Positions 32,485 to 44,800 of a DNA stretch of 64,000 nt are shown here, in pieces (the stretch's first letter is position 1; every line of letters begins with the position of its first letter). The stretch comes from Corallochytrium limacisporum Hawaii (taxonomy: Eukaryota; Protista; Pluriformea), in NCBI GenBank assembly GCA_002811645.1, contig PDIP01000006.1:64954-128953 (forward strand). Direction: 5' to 3'. A program made the position numbers and the translations under genes. A model generated the notes under the pieces. It made no database searches and was not told where the DNA came from. It worked only from the letters and a program-made list of their open reading frames with translations.

Positions 32485-34659
32485 ATGAAAAAGGGATTTG
32501 GTCGCCGTCAACGGGGATTGGCAAAGTCCACCTTCCTGGACGAAGACGCAGCCTCTGCAAAATGGGACAGCTTGGTCGGTACCCCATTTGATCCTGAAAC
32601 AGAAATTGATGACAGTCCAGAGCTGGCCATGGGAAGGAAGTCAAAGGCACGTACAAACGTTGGAGAAAACAGAACCACTGAAGTGAACGACCGGTCGTCA
32701 TGTGCAGCCTCAATCTACGACCCGACACAAAAACACACAGTCGCGGACAGCGCTACTGAAAGCAGACAGACAGCATCTACCTCGCAAGCAAGCAGCCAAG
32801 GTGCTACTCAAAAAAAATTTGTTTTGTCCGGTTCGCTCGTAAGGCCGACAGTCACCAAGCCAGTGATATCCGAGAAAAAATTTGTATTGGACAGCAGGTT
32901 TAGAAAGCCTTTGAAGTCGATCGATAATTCATCTGCAAAAGTATGTGATGCAGAGAACAACACCAAAGGTAATGTAGGGAAGGAAAAGAAAACCGACACC
33001 GCCAAAGGGCTTTCTCTAAAAACTCAGAAGAAGGTTCGGCGGCCGGCCAGTGACCCAGTTCCATATGAAGCTCAGGATGCTGGTAGGTCTCGCAGAAGTG
33101 CGGCACTGAATGCGCGGAATCGCATAAAGGAAGATGTCAGTCATCTTGCTGACAAAGACTTTGATCGTATGCTTCGTAAACTGGACTCTACCAAGGATCG
33201 CAGTAAGAGACAGGCCATGCGCGATCAGTTGAACAGCCGCATTTCACGTCTTGATCGCGCTCGCTTAAACACAATGTTTGATCAGATTTCAAGCGCTCTG
33301 CCCACCACGGGAGCCGTTTCGAGTCTGAACACGAGGACATGTTACCGACGGAGCTCATTGTTACCACTTGAAATTGAAACGGGTCATTTACTGGATAATG
33401 GACAACCATCGCTGGACACTCTTAAGGAAGAGCCCTCGTTGGCCCAGCCGGAGGTAGAGGACGAAGAGGACGAAGAGGACGCCGACACTAAAGCGAAGAA
33501 TGCATTGAGCATGATTGCAGAGAGTGCTAAGGGAGGCCGCAGAAAGGGACGAGCTGCCCATTTGATTGGTCGGGGCCAGCAAAACAATGCTCGCATTTTC
33601 ACCGAGAGCATACAAGAACAACTCCAGGGTACGCGCGCACAACGCATCTCTGGTGCTTTGGAGCTATGTGGACAGGACAGCGCACTGGCTTTCAGTGACG
33701 TCTTTGAGCAGAACGCCCTCGAAAATTGTCGAAAGCTGTCAGAGGGATCTTATGGCGAAGTGTATGAGATTGTCTTCGAGGGCATCAAACGGGTCTGCAA
33801 GGTGATTCCTGTGGAAGGTCGAGAAAAGGTGAACGATTATGATCAGCAAGCTCTAAATGAAATTCTGCCAGAGATCGGTACCACTCAGATGTTGAATCGG
33901 CTGGAGGGTGCTACTCCAAACTTCGTCAAATGCGTACATGTCGCTTTGTGTCGCGGCAGATATCCCAAGGAACTCTTGAGAGCCTGGGACGATTATGCGG
34001 ACCGCAAGGAAACTGACTCTGAGCGCCCAGATCATCTCAAGGAATCCCAGTTTTATGCACTCTTCATTCTCGAAAATGGTGGTACAGATTTAGAACACTT
34101 TGAGCTCGAGCACGAAGGTGCTGCTTGGGCAGCTCTCCTTCAAACTAGTGTTGCTTTGGCCATCGCAGAAAAGGCATACGCCTTTGAACACCGTGATCTT
34201 CACTGGGGTAATGTGTTGGTGAGGGCAACGGATGAGGAGCGACTTGACTATGAGTTCGGTAGCCTTGCTCTGAGCATTCCATCGTTTGGAATTTGTGTTA
34301 CAATCATTGACTTTACACTCAGCCGGATTCAGAACAATGATGGTGAACTCTTCTATATTGACATGGGCGCAGATGAGACCTTCTTTGAAGGTCCCGAAGA
34401 GGAAGAACAGTTTGAAATCTATCGACGCATGCGTGATATTGTAGGTGATGACTGGACAGTACACCGTCCTCGAACGAACATCATGTGGATCCAGTACTTG
34501 GTCAATCGGATCCTGGCGAAGACAAAGAGCTCTACAGGTTTCTCAAATACATTTGCCGGAGACCTGGTCTCGTTCCGAGAACGTCTGAACGACTACGGAA
34601 CAATGGTCGAAGTTGTCGGAGATGATGCCTTCGCGGATCTGCTGACATCCAAAGACTAG
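32485..34659 (+). CDS. HASPIN: Haspin (histone H3T3) kinase
   Basis: Disordered basic N-terminus, then KLSEGSYGEVY, VCKVIPVEG, GRYPKELLRAWDDY, FEHRDLHWGNVLV, IIDFTLSR and QFEIYRRMR. Confidence 0.94.
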   Translation: MKKGFGRRQRGLAKSTFLDEDAASAKWDSLVGTPFDPETEIDDSPELAMGRKSKARTNVGENRTTEVNDRSSCAASIYDPTQKHTVADSATESRQTASTSQASSQGATQKKFVLSGSLVRPTVTKPVISEKKFVLDSRFRKPLKSIDNSSAKVCDAENNTKGNVGKEKKTDTAKGLSLKTQKKVRRPASDPVPYEAQDAGRSRRSAALNARNRIKEDVSHLADKDFDRMLRKLDSTKDRSKRQAMRDQLNSRISRLDRARLNTMFDQISSALPTTGAVSSLNTRTCYRRSSLLPLEIETGHLLDNGQPSLDTLKEEPSLAQPEVEDEEDEEDADTKAKNALSMIAESAKGGRRKGRAAHLIGRGQQNNARIFTESIQEQLQGTRAQRISGALELCGQDSALAFSDVFEQNALENCRKLSEGSYGEVYEIVFEGIKRVCKVIPVEGREKVNDYDQQALNEILPEIGTTQMLNRLEGATPNFVKCVHVALCRGRYPKELLRAWDDYADRKETDSERPDHLKESQFYALFILENGGTDLEHFELEHEGAAWAALLQTSVALAIAEKAYAFEHRDLHWGNVLVRATDEERLDYEFGSLALSIPSFGICVTIIDFTLSRIQNNDGELFYIDMGADETFFEGPEEEEQFEIYRRMRDIVGDDWTVHRPRTNIMWIQYLVNRILAKTKSSTGFSNTFAGDLVSFRERLNDYGTMVEVVGDDAFADLLTSKD

Positions 34660-34726
34660 ATAGCTGCAGATGCATTACTGAAAAGAACACACATTTTGAA
34701 AATTCTGTACTATAATATGTACACAT

Positions 34727-36505
34727 TCATTGTGAGCCAAGTTCCTGCAGGGCTGTGGTGATTGCTTCCCACGAGACACCAACACACTCTGGCATTCGCA
34801 TGCTAATTGCCTCAGCCCTCGCGGTCCGAAGACAGTCCTGGGCTTCCAACCACCAAATAGTCGCATCACCATTATGAGCAGCCAAATTCGGACGTAAGTC
34901 ACACACGCTACCGAAGGTCGACAAGATTTTGTTGGTGCATGTCTCCACAATGTTTAAGGCAGAGGCCTGGTCAGGGTCAAAGTCCTTTGTCAGTCCAAAG
35001 CTCAGTGCGCCAGTTGTGAAATCAGTGCCCATGTTGGCCAGCTTGATTGGAGTGTTTTCAAGCACCGACTGGGATATGACACGGAGCTCGCAGGCCCCCA
35101 GCTCCTCCGCTGAGAGACCATTTGGGATCTCAAGATTTTCAACAACCATTTCCCCTGGGAGAATTTTCTGCAAATCCAATTGGCCAGCAATGGGACCATT
35201 GCCCATGAAGCCAACACAGAGTAGGGATACATAGGTCGGGTAGTAGATGGGAGCGACACCGCTGTTCCGAATCTGCACAGTGAGTACATCACCTACGAAG
35301 GCTACAGCATCAATCAAGAAAGTGTATCCAAGGGCTTCCGAAGCATGTCTTGCAGCCACCAATTCATCATTGCTACAAGCTTCTACAGCAAGGGCCTCCT
35401 CGGAATCGTCATCAGCACACTCGAACCATCGGCTGGCGAAAACGGCACTGAGGTGAATTTGAGTTGCGTAGTCGTTCCACACAGAGAAACCATCCTGGTC
35501 TTCGACCTCCTGGAGCAAGCTTTTATGAGGATTCTCGATTTCAGACATGGACACCGTGCGGAACATTTCGTTTAAAGACAAGGGGTGCATTAAGGCCAGC
35601 ATTGGACTGGTTTTCCAGCGCTCAAGGTTGCCAGTGATGCTCACATGTCGCAGGATGACATCAACTGCGTTCTCAGGCACATTGTCGAATTCAATACCAT
35701 GATTCATGGCTGACAGAGTGGGAAGTAGACGGCGGGAAGTGGTGGTCTTCTGCAATAGTCGGACTGGAGCCGTCCAACGGAGCCGTCGGAAACTGTCGCT
35801 AAAGCTCTGTAGAAGGGACACCTGAAAGTCAAAGTTGGGAAATGACTGAGAAGTCTCGCGCTCGGGATGGACACTCCATTCACCATAGAATCCGATGAGG
35901 CCAATGTGCAAATAGGCCACCCTAGGATCATTATCATAAGCGTCAGAAAATGCAGGTGCAAAATTAAGGAGCAGAGTCTGAAACTCGGGATGGGAATAGT
36001 CCGGGATAACGCTGACAGTGTTGGCGTGGCTCGAATACTCCGTAATGCCCGTCATTCCACTCAAGATATCTGTCGGGACACCACTGCGCCTGGTAGGCCA
36101 ATCAGTCCAAAATCGTACTACTGCCTGACGCTTCTTATTCACAATGCTTTCAAGGCGAGACTCAAAGACCGACCATTCGAACTGACCGTCCCGGTATACC
36201 TGACTGAGCGAGAGATCCAGAAATTCCAGAGTGGCCGGAAAGTTACCTGTATACTCTGGCACTGCGACAAGGCCAGTCAATGGCTGTACAAGGGCATTTG
36301 ATTCGTCCCATACATCGGCTGTATGTACGCGCTTGCTAAATTGTACTAACGCTGAACCAGATCCTTCAGTGATGACACAAAAGTGTTCCTGCCAAGAACC
36401 TCCGAGCTGCCCGCAGCGTGCAGAGTCTACAGCAAAATCCTCACTACTGAGAGGACCAGCGGCCACTATGCCAGCCAAAGCTAAATACAATACCGCTCTC
36501 AACAT
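34727..36505 (-). CDS. Secreted glycoside-hydrolase-like protein (DUF4832-type TIM barrel), Cys-rich termini
   Basis: Signal peptide MLRAVLYLALAGIVAA, then QAVVRFWTDWP, PDYSHP, YDNDPRVAYLHIGLIGFYGEW, LGYTF and IRNSGVAPIYY. Confidence 0.7.
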   Translation of the reverse strand: MLRAVLYLALAGIVAAGPLSSEDFAVDSARCGQLGGSWQEHFCVITEGSGSALVQFSKRVHTADVWDESNALVQPLTGLVAVPEYTGNFPATLEFLDLSLSQVYRDGQFEWSVFESRLESIVNKKRQAVVRFWTDWPTRRSGVPTDILSGMTGITEYSSHANTVSVIPDYSHPEFQTLLLNFAPAFSDAYDNDPRVAYLHIGLIGFYGEWSVHPERETSQSFPNFDFQVSLLQSFSDSFRRLRWTAPVRLLQKTTTSRRLLPTLSAMNHGIEFDNVPENAVDVILRHVSITGNLERWKTSPMLALMHPLSLNEMFRTVSMSEIENPHKSLLQEVEDQDGFSVWNDYATQIHLSAVFASRWFECADDDSEEALAVEACSNDELVAARHASEALGYTFLIDAVAFVGDVLTVQIRNSGVAPIYYPTYVSLLCVGFMGNGPIAGQLDLQKILPGEMVVENLEIPNGLSAEELGACELRVISQSVLENTPIKLANMGTDFTTGALSFGLTKDFDPDQASALNIVETCTNKILSTFGSVCDLRPNLAAHNGDATIWWLEAQDCLRTARAEAISMRMPECVGVSWEAITTALQELGSQ

Positions 36506-37045
36506 GTTAATTTGTGGAACGGAAGAAACATGGCTTTTGCGCTGACAGCGATAAGTAATCAGTGCAGCGATTTTACTCGAGTACCTGCATCTCAGCGTAC
36601 AATGGAGTCTCCAGTCAAATGGTACCCTCTAAATGCCCGTACAACTCGTGTCAATGTCCCTCTACCCTATCGATTCCTTAATTTATGAAGGTCCATTGCC
36701 CGTTACAAGCAAACGTGCGCAGCTTACCTTCACGAGAACTCTTGGTGCTCAGTCCCAGGCGCCTACTCTCTGTCAAATTGGGAACAATGGCTCTTTCCCA
36801 TAAGATAGCGAACACACCCCTCCCTCGCAACCGTGATTCGTGGGTTGTTATGAAAATATTGATCTACGATTCTATGCATGAAAAATAAATCAATAATGAA
36901 CGTCTCTTACCAAGCGTTCCCCTTATGCCAGCGGATGTGACCTCCCTACAAATCCCCCCTTCCAAACTCTCGACCAACCTTTCGCTCCCCCGTTCTCCCT
37001 CCTCCCCCCGGGGGGGGGTGGTGGGGAAATCGGGGAACATTGCTT

Positions 37046-37169
37046 NNNNNNNNNNNNNNNNNNNNNNNNNNNNNNNNNNNNNNNNNNNNNNNNNNNNNNN
37101 NNNNNNNNNNNNNNNNNNNNNNNNNNNNNNNNNNNNNNNNNNNNNNNNNNNNNNNNNNNNNNNNNNNNN
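37046..37169. other. Assembly gap with duplicated flanks
   Basis: ggtggggaaatcggggaacattgctt occurs on both sides of the N run, next to a C6G9 tract. Confidence 0.9.
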
Positions 37170-37832
37170 GGGGGGGTGGGGAAATCGGGGAACATTGCTT
37201 AGATTAGGTACACGCTTGCAATGTTCCATTAACGCTTTTAGCGCCCGACATCTCGCCCGACCCGTGACGTTAGACTACTTGCCGGGGAACTAGTCCTTAA
37301 TGTCAGAAATTTGCTATCCCACACAGCTGCCCGGTAGCAAACACAAACGCAACATTTACGTTTAAGCCAACAGAAATGGCGTCCATAGTGTGAGGGCGTT
37401 CAGCGACTAACACTGCAGATGGAGCGATATAGAGAAACAATAGTCATAAATTGGAGCCATATCCCTTGCTAAGAAGGGGTACAGTGTACCGCCAGGCATT
37501 TCGAGACAGCTCGCCCGCGGGGGGGGGGGAACGCACCGGCCCCCCTCCGCCGGTTCTAGAAGCACCAAGAATTCTAGAACGCAGAGAGATTTGTACTCGT
37601 CGTATATGCCAAAAGACTGTACACAGCAAAACAATCGAGATCATGTCATTGATATAATAGACTATAGAGTTTCATTGCTGAACCACCAGATTCCCCCTGT
37701 CAGGTGCATACGGTCCGGCCTTTGTCGCCGATGACTGGGCCTGAAAGGATGATGTTGCTTTGCCCCTCTTGCAGAACCCCTTGGTTGTAGCGGCCTACTG
37801 GAACCCTTTTGATGCAGATCTTCGGGTGCTAG

Positions 37833-38894
37833 TTATGGTGATTGCTGGAAAGTTGGGTGACCTGCAGAGTCATACTCCTGCTGCGGATGCTGATATTGGG
37901 ATGTCTGCTCATGTTGGGGTTGGTAGTGTTGCTGTTCCTGCTGCTGGTTGCGCTGATCCTGCGAATAATCCTGCTGGATGTACACGGGAGCCTGCGCAGT
38001 GTGCACCAGTAGTTGGCCCGAGGCGGTGCCAGTGGAAGTGTTGCCTTCTTCCAGTACAAAAGGTTGAGACACAACAGCTCTAGGTGAGTACGGTTGGAGA
38101 CCATAGGCAAATTCGTGCGGTTGAGGCATACTGAAACGTTGCTGCTGGAGAGGTACTGGAGCATTGTGGATGCCTGATACGCCAGGTTGTGAAGCTCGCC
38201 TTCGGGGGACAGACCGATGTGGTTCACGCATCGTAGGATCCAATCCTTCACCAATATTTGTCATAGATTCCTGTCCCATACCAACTTGTCCCAGGGGCAT
38301 ACTCGTATATCCCTGTGGGTGAAAGCTGTGACTATAAACCAGGTGGTGACCTTGCAACTGTGGCGTCGGGTAGCCAGGGTAGATCGCCAAATTTTGATGC
38401 GGAACTGGAGTGTATACGTTTTGCTCACCACCCTGAGGCATAGTCGAGGGTAAGGCATAGTACTGATGGGGTCCCATGTACGACCTTGAACTTTGAGCAG
38501 CCGTGGGATAGTTTGCAGGGAATGGTGTGGACGATGGATGCATTCTTTGTTGCTTGGGTTTCTTGCTGCTCCGACGTCTTGAGATCAGCCGCATCCGCTC
38601 CGGGTGGTGTGTGTTGAAATCAGGATGATGGAATACTGTAGCAGGCTTTCGTGACTGCGCATCAAGCTCGTGGACTTTGCGGAATCCGTACATGTTCAGC
38701 TGACGAACGAAATTGGAAAAATTAGAGCTCTTGAAGACATTGCCGAGAACATTTCTACAAAGTTTGTCAATGTTAGGGATCACTATCGAAGTTCCTGACT
38801 CATTCCATCGAATTTCTTCTTTTAAATCTGGGTTATCCACAAGTTCCCGTAAAATCTCTATGAACTTCGGCACCGTGTCGTGTCGGGAGGACAT
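37833..38894 (-). CDS. HSF-type DNA-binding transcription factor (paralogue A)
   Basis: VPKFIEILRELVDNP..IRWNESGTSIVI..FKSSNFSNFVRQLNMYGFRKV..FHHPDF, followed by a Q/P/H-rich tail. Confidence 0.92.
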   Translation of the reverse strand: MSSRHDTVPKFIEILRELVDNPDLKEEIRWNESGTSIVIPNIDKLCRNVLGNVFKSSNFSNFVRQLNMYGFRKVHELDAQSRKPATVFHHPDFNTHHPERMRLISRRRSSKKPKQQRMHPSSTPFPANYPTAAQSSRSYMGPHQYYALPSTMPQGGEQNVYTPVPHQNLAIYPGYPTPQLQGHHLVYSHSFHPQGYTSMPLGQVGMGQESMTNIGEGLDPTMREPHRSVPRRRASQPGVSGIHNAPVPLQQQRFSMPQPHEFAYGLQPYSPRAVVSQPFVLEEGNTSTGTASGQLLVHTAQAPVYIQQDYSQDQRNQQQEQQHYQPQHEQTSQYQHPQQEYDSAGHPTFQQSP

Positions 38895-41800
38895 CACGGT
38901 CGAGCATTGTCTTGACCACTGCAGTCAGTGTGTTATACGAAGTTAGCACTTCCTAAATCTTGGCAACCAGCCATAGAGTGCGATCATGCCCACTCATGTA
39001 CCATTCAGTTTACTTAGGTTAGGTAATGCGATTCTAGTTTCGTCGAAGACTGGTAACACATCCTACATAAACATCTTTGGAACGGTGGTTGTCTGCGCAA
39101 CATCTCAGCCATCCAGACAACTGTAAGATCCTACCTTCCCCCCTCCCCCAGCCATTCTCCCTCACTTGCCGAAATTGACCTTCTCTGTGTTGCGACACAA
39201 CTCCTCTGCAAGCCCAAACTTTTTGAACTCACTAGGCAGGTGTATGCCTCGAAGATCAGACTCTCCTCTGGCCATGTCTTCGTTGTCCCCCTCCCCCTCT
39301 CCCTCCCCCGCAGCCCAATTTAGGCCCGGACCGAATCTCTTTCTCTCTCAGTCCCACCGGTGTGATTGATCTTCGGGCTTCGGGGAACGGTGTATAGTTC
39401 TTCGGTTGAGCCCACTTTCTCCCCAGTGCTGCCAAGCTTAAGAATTCCCAATGCGACCATCAGGCGCCAACATCAGGGCAAGATGTACACTATGCTAGTG
39501 TATGGCTGTGCGCGGAATGCCGCGGCGTCATCAACATCATGACACATGGTTGGCGTTCTCTCTCTTTTCCAACCGAGCTTGAACCTCTCTCCTCCATGTT
39601 CTGGCGAACTTGACGGGAATATCGCTACTGTCCGCAAAGAAATTCTATCATAGTGCCTTGGTACGAAAACATTAGTAACCTATTGTCCTACTTAGTGACC
39701 AAATTGCGGTATGTTTTTCGTCGTCCCCACTGCGTTTCATCGATCTACACTTGGCGAGGGCCTTTTGGTATTCCACAAAGATTTGGAGAGGGCGTGCCCA
39801 CGAGCAATTGTCAGTGTCTACATGCAATCTAGTCTTTGTATGACTGCCTCTTGGAGTTCTTCGATGAGGATACATATCGATGAAGCAGTGAAGGTTTACG
39901 ATGTGGCTGACGGGCCCGCTGGTTTAGCCCGACTCTTGAAGTTGGTTTGGAAGGAGCTCGAGAGGCATTGAGACATGCTGCGACACTCAGCGCAATGTAA
40001 CCCATCACCACTCGCATCATCCTAAGGCCATCTCGAATTGTTTATATCTTCGTTCCCGTCAATGGGCTGGTAAACCACCTCGTTTCCGTGGTTGTGGTTA
40101 CATGACCCGTTTGTCCGACTCCGCGGTTGCCAAAGTAGGTGGAATGAAACGGTCTCATTGTACCCAATTCCAAAACCACAATGGAAAGCACGAAAGTCAC
40201 AGACAAGTGTCGAACGTAAATCTACAATAAGAAACTTGTGTGTTGCGGTATTTTTTACTGAAACACTACTGTCATCTGCGGGGCCATCGCTCCCTGTCCA
40301 CTCCCTCAAATCCCATGTCTTATGTCCTCGCAGATGTTGCAGTAAATTCAAGATGCTAAATTAGTGGAAAGGACCAATAAAACTAAACGAAAAGCATCAT
40401 TCAGGCCAAGAACTGGTGCCATCACAATGGGTTGAGTGGGGCATACAATACATCCCTAAGACCAACTTAGAGTGACTAACATCTCCCTTCGACGAGCGCA
40501 GCTCCGGGGTCAGGAATGTCGGAGGAAAAAACACAACAGCTTCGAGAAGCAGAACGGTCAGTTGGCCCGAGCAACAATACCTCAGGTCCTGGGGGTTGAC
40601 AGTCAGCCCTCCTTCACCGTTTCTGTTTCATATCTGGTCATTCTGCCAAAGTCAGCCCAGGAATCAATGCTCTATGAGGTGAATGGATCCTTCCCAGAAT
40701 GTAGAACTCGAAGAGGGAAACGAATTGTTTGCGATAAGGGCGAACATCAGCATCTTCGGATGTTCGACAACCATTCGCAATCGTGCGACTTGGTTCTCAC
40801 AGTCCGGCGTGTAAGGACACGCCCCACTGCACATAGAGGATGTGCACTAAAAAGAGCTCGTCCTCACCGGCGAAGTACAAAGATCCTCGTCTTTCATTGT
40901 GTCACCCACAGGGTCTAGCTTGTCCGAAATCAGCCTTCAACAACAAGCACAACGCATGCTAGGGACTTGATATTCCTCATTGCCTCGGGTGCCGCGCGGG
41001 GGGATTTCTGCAGTACTGGGATCTGGGCTCCTCAATTATCAAGCAATGTGGCCCGTTCACAACAAAACTAGGACAGCCAAAGCCGCCAGCACCAGCCGTA
41101 CCATCAGTCAGTAGTACAGTATTCGGAGGTTATTTTGACGGCACATACAAACAATTTCTGGACCCAATGAGGCCCCGAATATGTTGAACCGAAAGGAGCG
41201 TGAACAGAAACGTTTAGTATGCTGACAAAAAGTGCAAGACTAGGAGAACAGGAGGGTAGAAAGGCGGGCCGTTTTGGATGGGGACAAAAAATCATACATA
41301 CCGTGGAGCTTTATGGGTCAGTTCTCAATGAGACGCTATGAAAGAATACGGAGATTGCTAAGGGGCTTGCCCTTGTTTCATTCCACACGCAAGAGAAATC
41401 TCCGTCATCGTTTGTTGAAAATACACAACATGCATTGTGTATTCTGAACGAGGGAAGAAATACGGCATCGTCGCCGCCCATGTAGGCGTAAGAAGCTGTT
41501 TCTGTTTGTGCCGAGCCCGGTAAGATACACAGTTTTGATATAGTAGTACCACAAGATAGTGTCGGGTACCATGCATTTCTGCCGGTCTCGTCATATAGTT
41601 CCTTTGTCGGGCGAGACCGACGGTGTTTATTGTTATGAATCTGCGGCACCTAAGTTTTGAATCCCGCGATCGGGAAGGCCCCCCCGGGGGGGAGGTGCGG
41701 AGCCCGCGGTAGACCGACGGAAATTGAAAGGTGACAGAGGGCCATACGAACCTACGGGTAGCCTTTGTGTGAGGGGTGACGATTGGGATCTTTGAACCCG

Positions 41801-44800
41801 ATGACCCACCGTCCCCGACGTTCCTCTCAAAATTGAAACTGGTTCAAACACACGCCCACGGTGGAATACTGGGAGCAGCTGCGGGGAAGCGCATTAGATT
41901 TGTTAGGGGTGCAGTTTCAGCAACTGACAAGTACGCGAATACACATGGTAAGGGCCACCTTCGACTCTTCATTTTGCCGGTTAAATTCGATTAATTCCGA
42001 ACGAGGGTTTCACGGGTATGCCAAGTTGCAGAGCATCATCTGCACCAACATGCTCGTTTTGGGACACTATTATTCTGAGGCCATAGCACCGAACGATGTC
42101 GAGATTCCAGGGACCCGAATGCGACACTGAAGCACTACGAAACGAGCCGAGCAGATGGTAACCCCTTGCAGCCACAATGCAACAATCCGTGGAATCCATC
42201 GCCCCTTTTCTTCTTTCGTGGACCATTCTCAATAGAAGCGACAGCATTGAAAAGGAATTTCCAAACAGTCACACAAGAGTAGATTCTCTTCTAGACTTAG
42301 CCACGCAGCATCGACTTGTACGCATCCAGGAATCGCCGCATATGATGAGCGTCTTACGCAATATATGGGTCCTTCCCCAATCACATCACATCTGCTTCCT
42401 ATTTAGCGCATGGGCCAATCCAAAGATTTTTTATATGCAGCGCATACCTTTTCATTGCATTCTTCTCACAGGGGCATGAAAGACTTCTTTTGGTGACCCT
42501 AGTTTCCCTTTCTATCGTTGGCTTACTCTTTGTATCTGGATTTCATTGAATAAACTACAAGGCCAATTTCTCATTCCTTCCATTGGTACTTTCCTGGGAT
42601 GTGGATCATCGTACGCATAGCGATCTAACCTCACATTATATCAGAAATGGTTTCGAAAGGACCCCTTCCAAATTGATAGACAATGTACTACACACTCTGC
42701 AACGACAAGCAATACGGGCGTTTCTACTGTGATAGCCTCCGCGCAATAATTCACGCGTGTTTCATTTGCTGTGCGCATCCATCACACCGGTATGTGACTG
42801 AAAGGAATCGTGGAGGGAGCGAGAGGGAAAGGAATAACGGGGAAGAGTTCTGTCTGTTGAAATTTCTGGGGAGGCCCGTACCCTCAGAGTGAGTGAGCAA
42901 GAGCAACGAGCTGCTTTCTTTGACATCCAAATTGGTTCTGTGAGTGCTACCCGGGGAGCAATGGAATTTTGCAGACGTAGAAGAATGACTCAGTACCTCC
43001 TGAAGAAGGATTTTCTTCCATCACTTTTTGTTTTCGTTGTTGGAAAAGAAACACCACTTCTTTTCCTTCTTTCTTCTTTGTACATCCTGCTAACGTCTGG
43101 TTCTTTCACGTCCGGCTCCATGATGTATCGAATCATCACGCATCGCTTTCGCACATCTCTCAAGCGATCGGTGGCCCACTTCTGCCTATAGTCAAGGATC
43201 ATGTGCCACTGGCAAATGCTCTGTCACGTCTACCATCATCGACCACTTGACGCCCACACACGGACAGTCCATTATGAACAAAGCTATGTGTGCACATCAT
43301 CGTAGTGCACATGTGTGTGTGTGTTGCACATGCGCAGTTGCCAGTTCTTTCTCCATTTTTGCTGGATGGAACCTGAACCTTCCAACCCCGGGTGGCCATA
43401 TCATGGATAGAGAAACAACGAACTTGCACATGAATTGCGACAAGACGGAAACTAAGTCCCAAGAGCTCTTATGACGGCTGCGAGTATAGTAACAACATGT
43501 GCCACATGAACACTAGATGGTTGTGAAGAAACGAGATCACTTAGCACGTTCAAAGATTGTTCATCCATAGGCCGAGGTAGTAGAGAACACCACAACGCAT
43601 GGAAAGGAAACGATCGACAGTTTTAAAAGCGAACAACGTTGCAAAATGCGCTCTGCGCATCAGCGATTGGAACAACACTAGGCCTGTTGTTGGCTGTGTT
43701 TGTTACGCACCTGATTCACTCTCCAGTCCCTGATGCTAGAGAGAAGACCAAGGATTGTTGCAAATTGAAGCAAGACAAGCTAAGTTCGTGCACGGCAAAA
43801 CGAAGGGAAAACTATCCAATGGCTTCATGTTTTCACAGGTCTACAAACGTTTTGAGCACCTGGTTCATCATCGCCCGGCGACAAAGGTACGGCGGAATTG
43901 AGCGGCTCAAGCAGACATGTCCAGACAGACAACACTTGTCGTTTATTCGAACAACGCATATTGTGAAACACTCTTTACCAGATGCATCTGCCAACAGTGT
44001 TGCCGTGTGTTGTGGAAACGGACTGAGTTCGTCCATGTGTGACATTGGTTTGTATGCCGATCTTTGCCAAAGTCCCCGGCACGAGTTTCCAATCTGCCAA
44101 ACCTGAAGCTTCCCCCCTCCCATTCCTTTCCCCGCTCTTCCCCCTCCCCCTTTTCTTCGCCCTTCTCATTCGTTTTATTTCTTGTTGACTTCCTCTTCGG
44201 TGGTTTTGGATTTGCTTCTTGTGATTATCGTGTTTTGCAGGGGTGTAGGATCCAAGGGTATGGTCGCGTTGCGCTGAGAATTTAATATTCAGGCATACCA
44301 AGATATGAACCTTCCCGCTTGAGCGTTGGTGACGATTCAGAGTCGTCACGAATGGGACTGTAGAATACGCCTAATAGCAACGTTCGACTACCCCAATCGG
44401 ACCGCACCGCCGAGAAAATTGAAAGTGTCCATTTAGCTCTATTATTGCGTGTTTTATCAGGCATGTTGTGGCAAACTCTTGCCTGTTCAACGAAAAATCT
44501 CCTTTTCCCCCACACGCTTGTCTGGGTGTGTCTACCGGGTTTCGCGGTCCCATAGTAAGATACAGGTGTGTATTCCACATCAAACACAAGCGTTTTAGGA
44601 TGGGAAGCTCCGTTACGCTGAAAACGAAGGAAACAAAGCCTAGGAAGAATACAGAGGCAAAATGCAGACTTGAGGGTGTTTGTGGTCATAGCAGTACATC
44701 TCCGCTGTCAATAACGAAGAAATTGTCACCTACTTTGCTGCACCTTCAAAGCAACCCCAGGCCTGTTCTCCATGCAACTCCACCGCTATAGATGAGAGAG

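Noticed and set aside
37011-37200. Apparent direct repeat flanking the N gap
   Set aside because: Most likely the same sequence assembled twice at a G-run scaffold join.
44068-44360. RNase MRP-like AAAGUCCCCGG ... AAUGGGACU
   Set aside because: The intervening sequence is low-complexity pyrimidine DNA, and the other conserved regions are absent.
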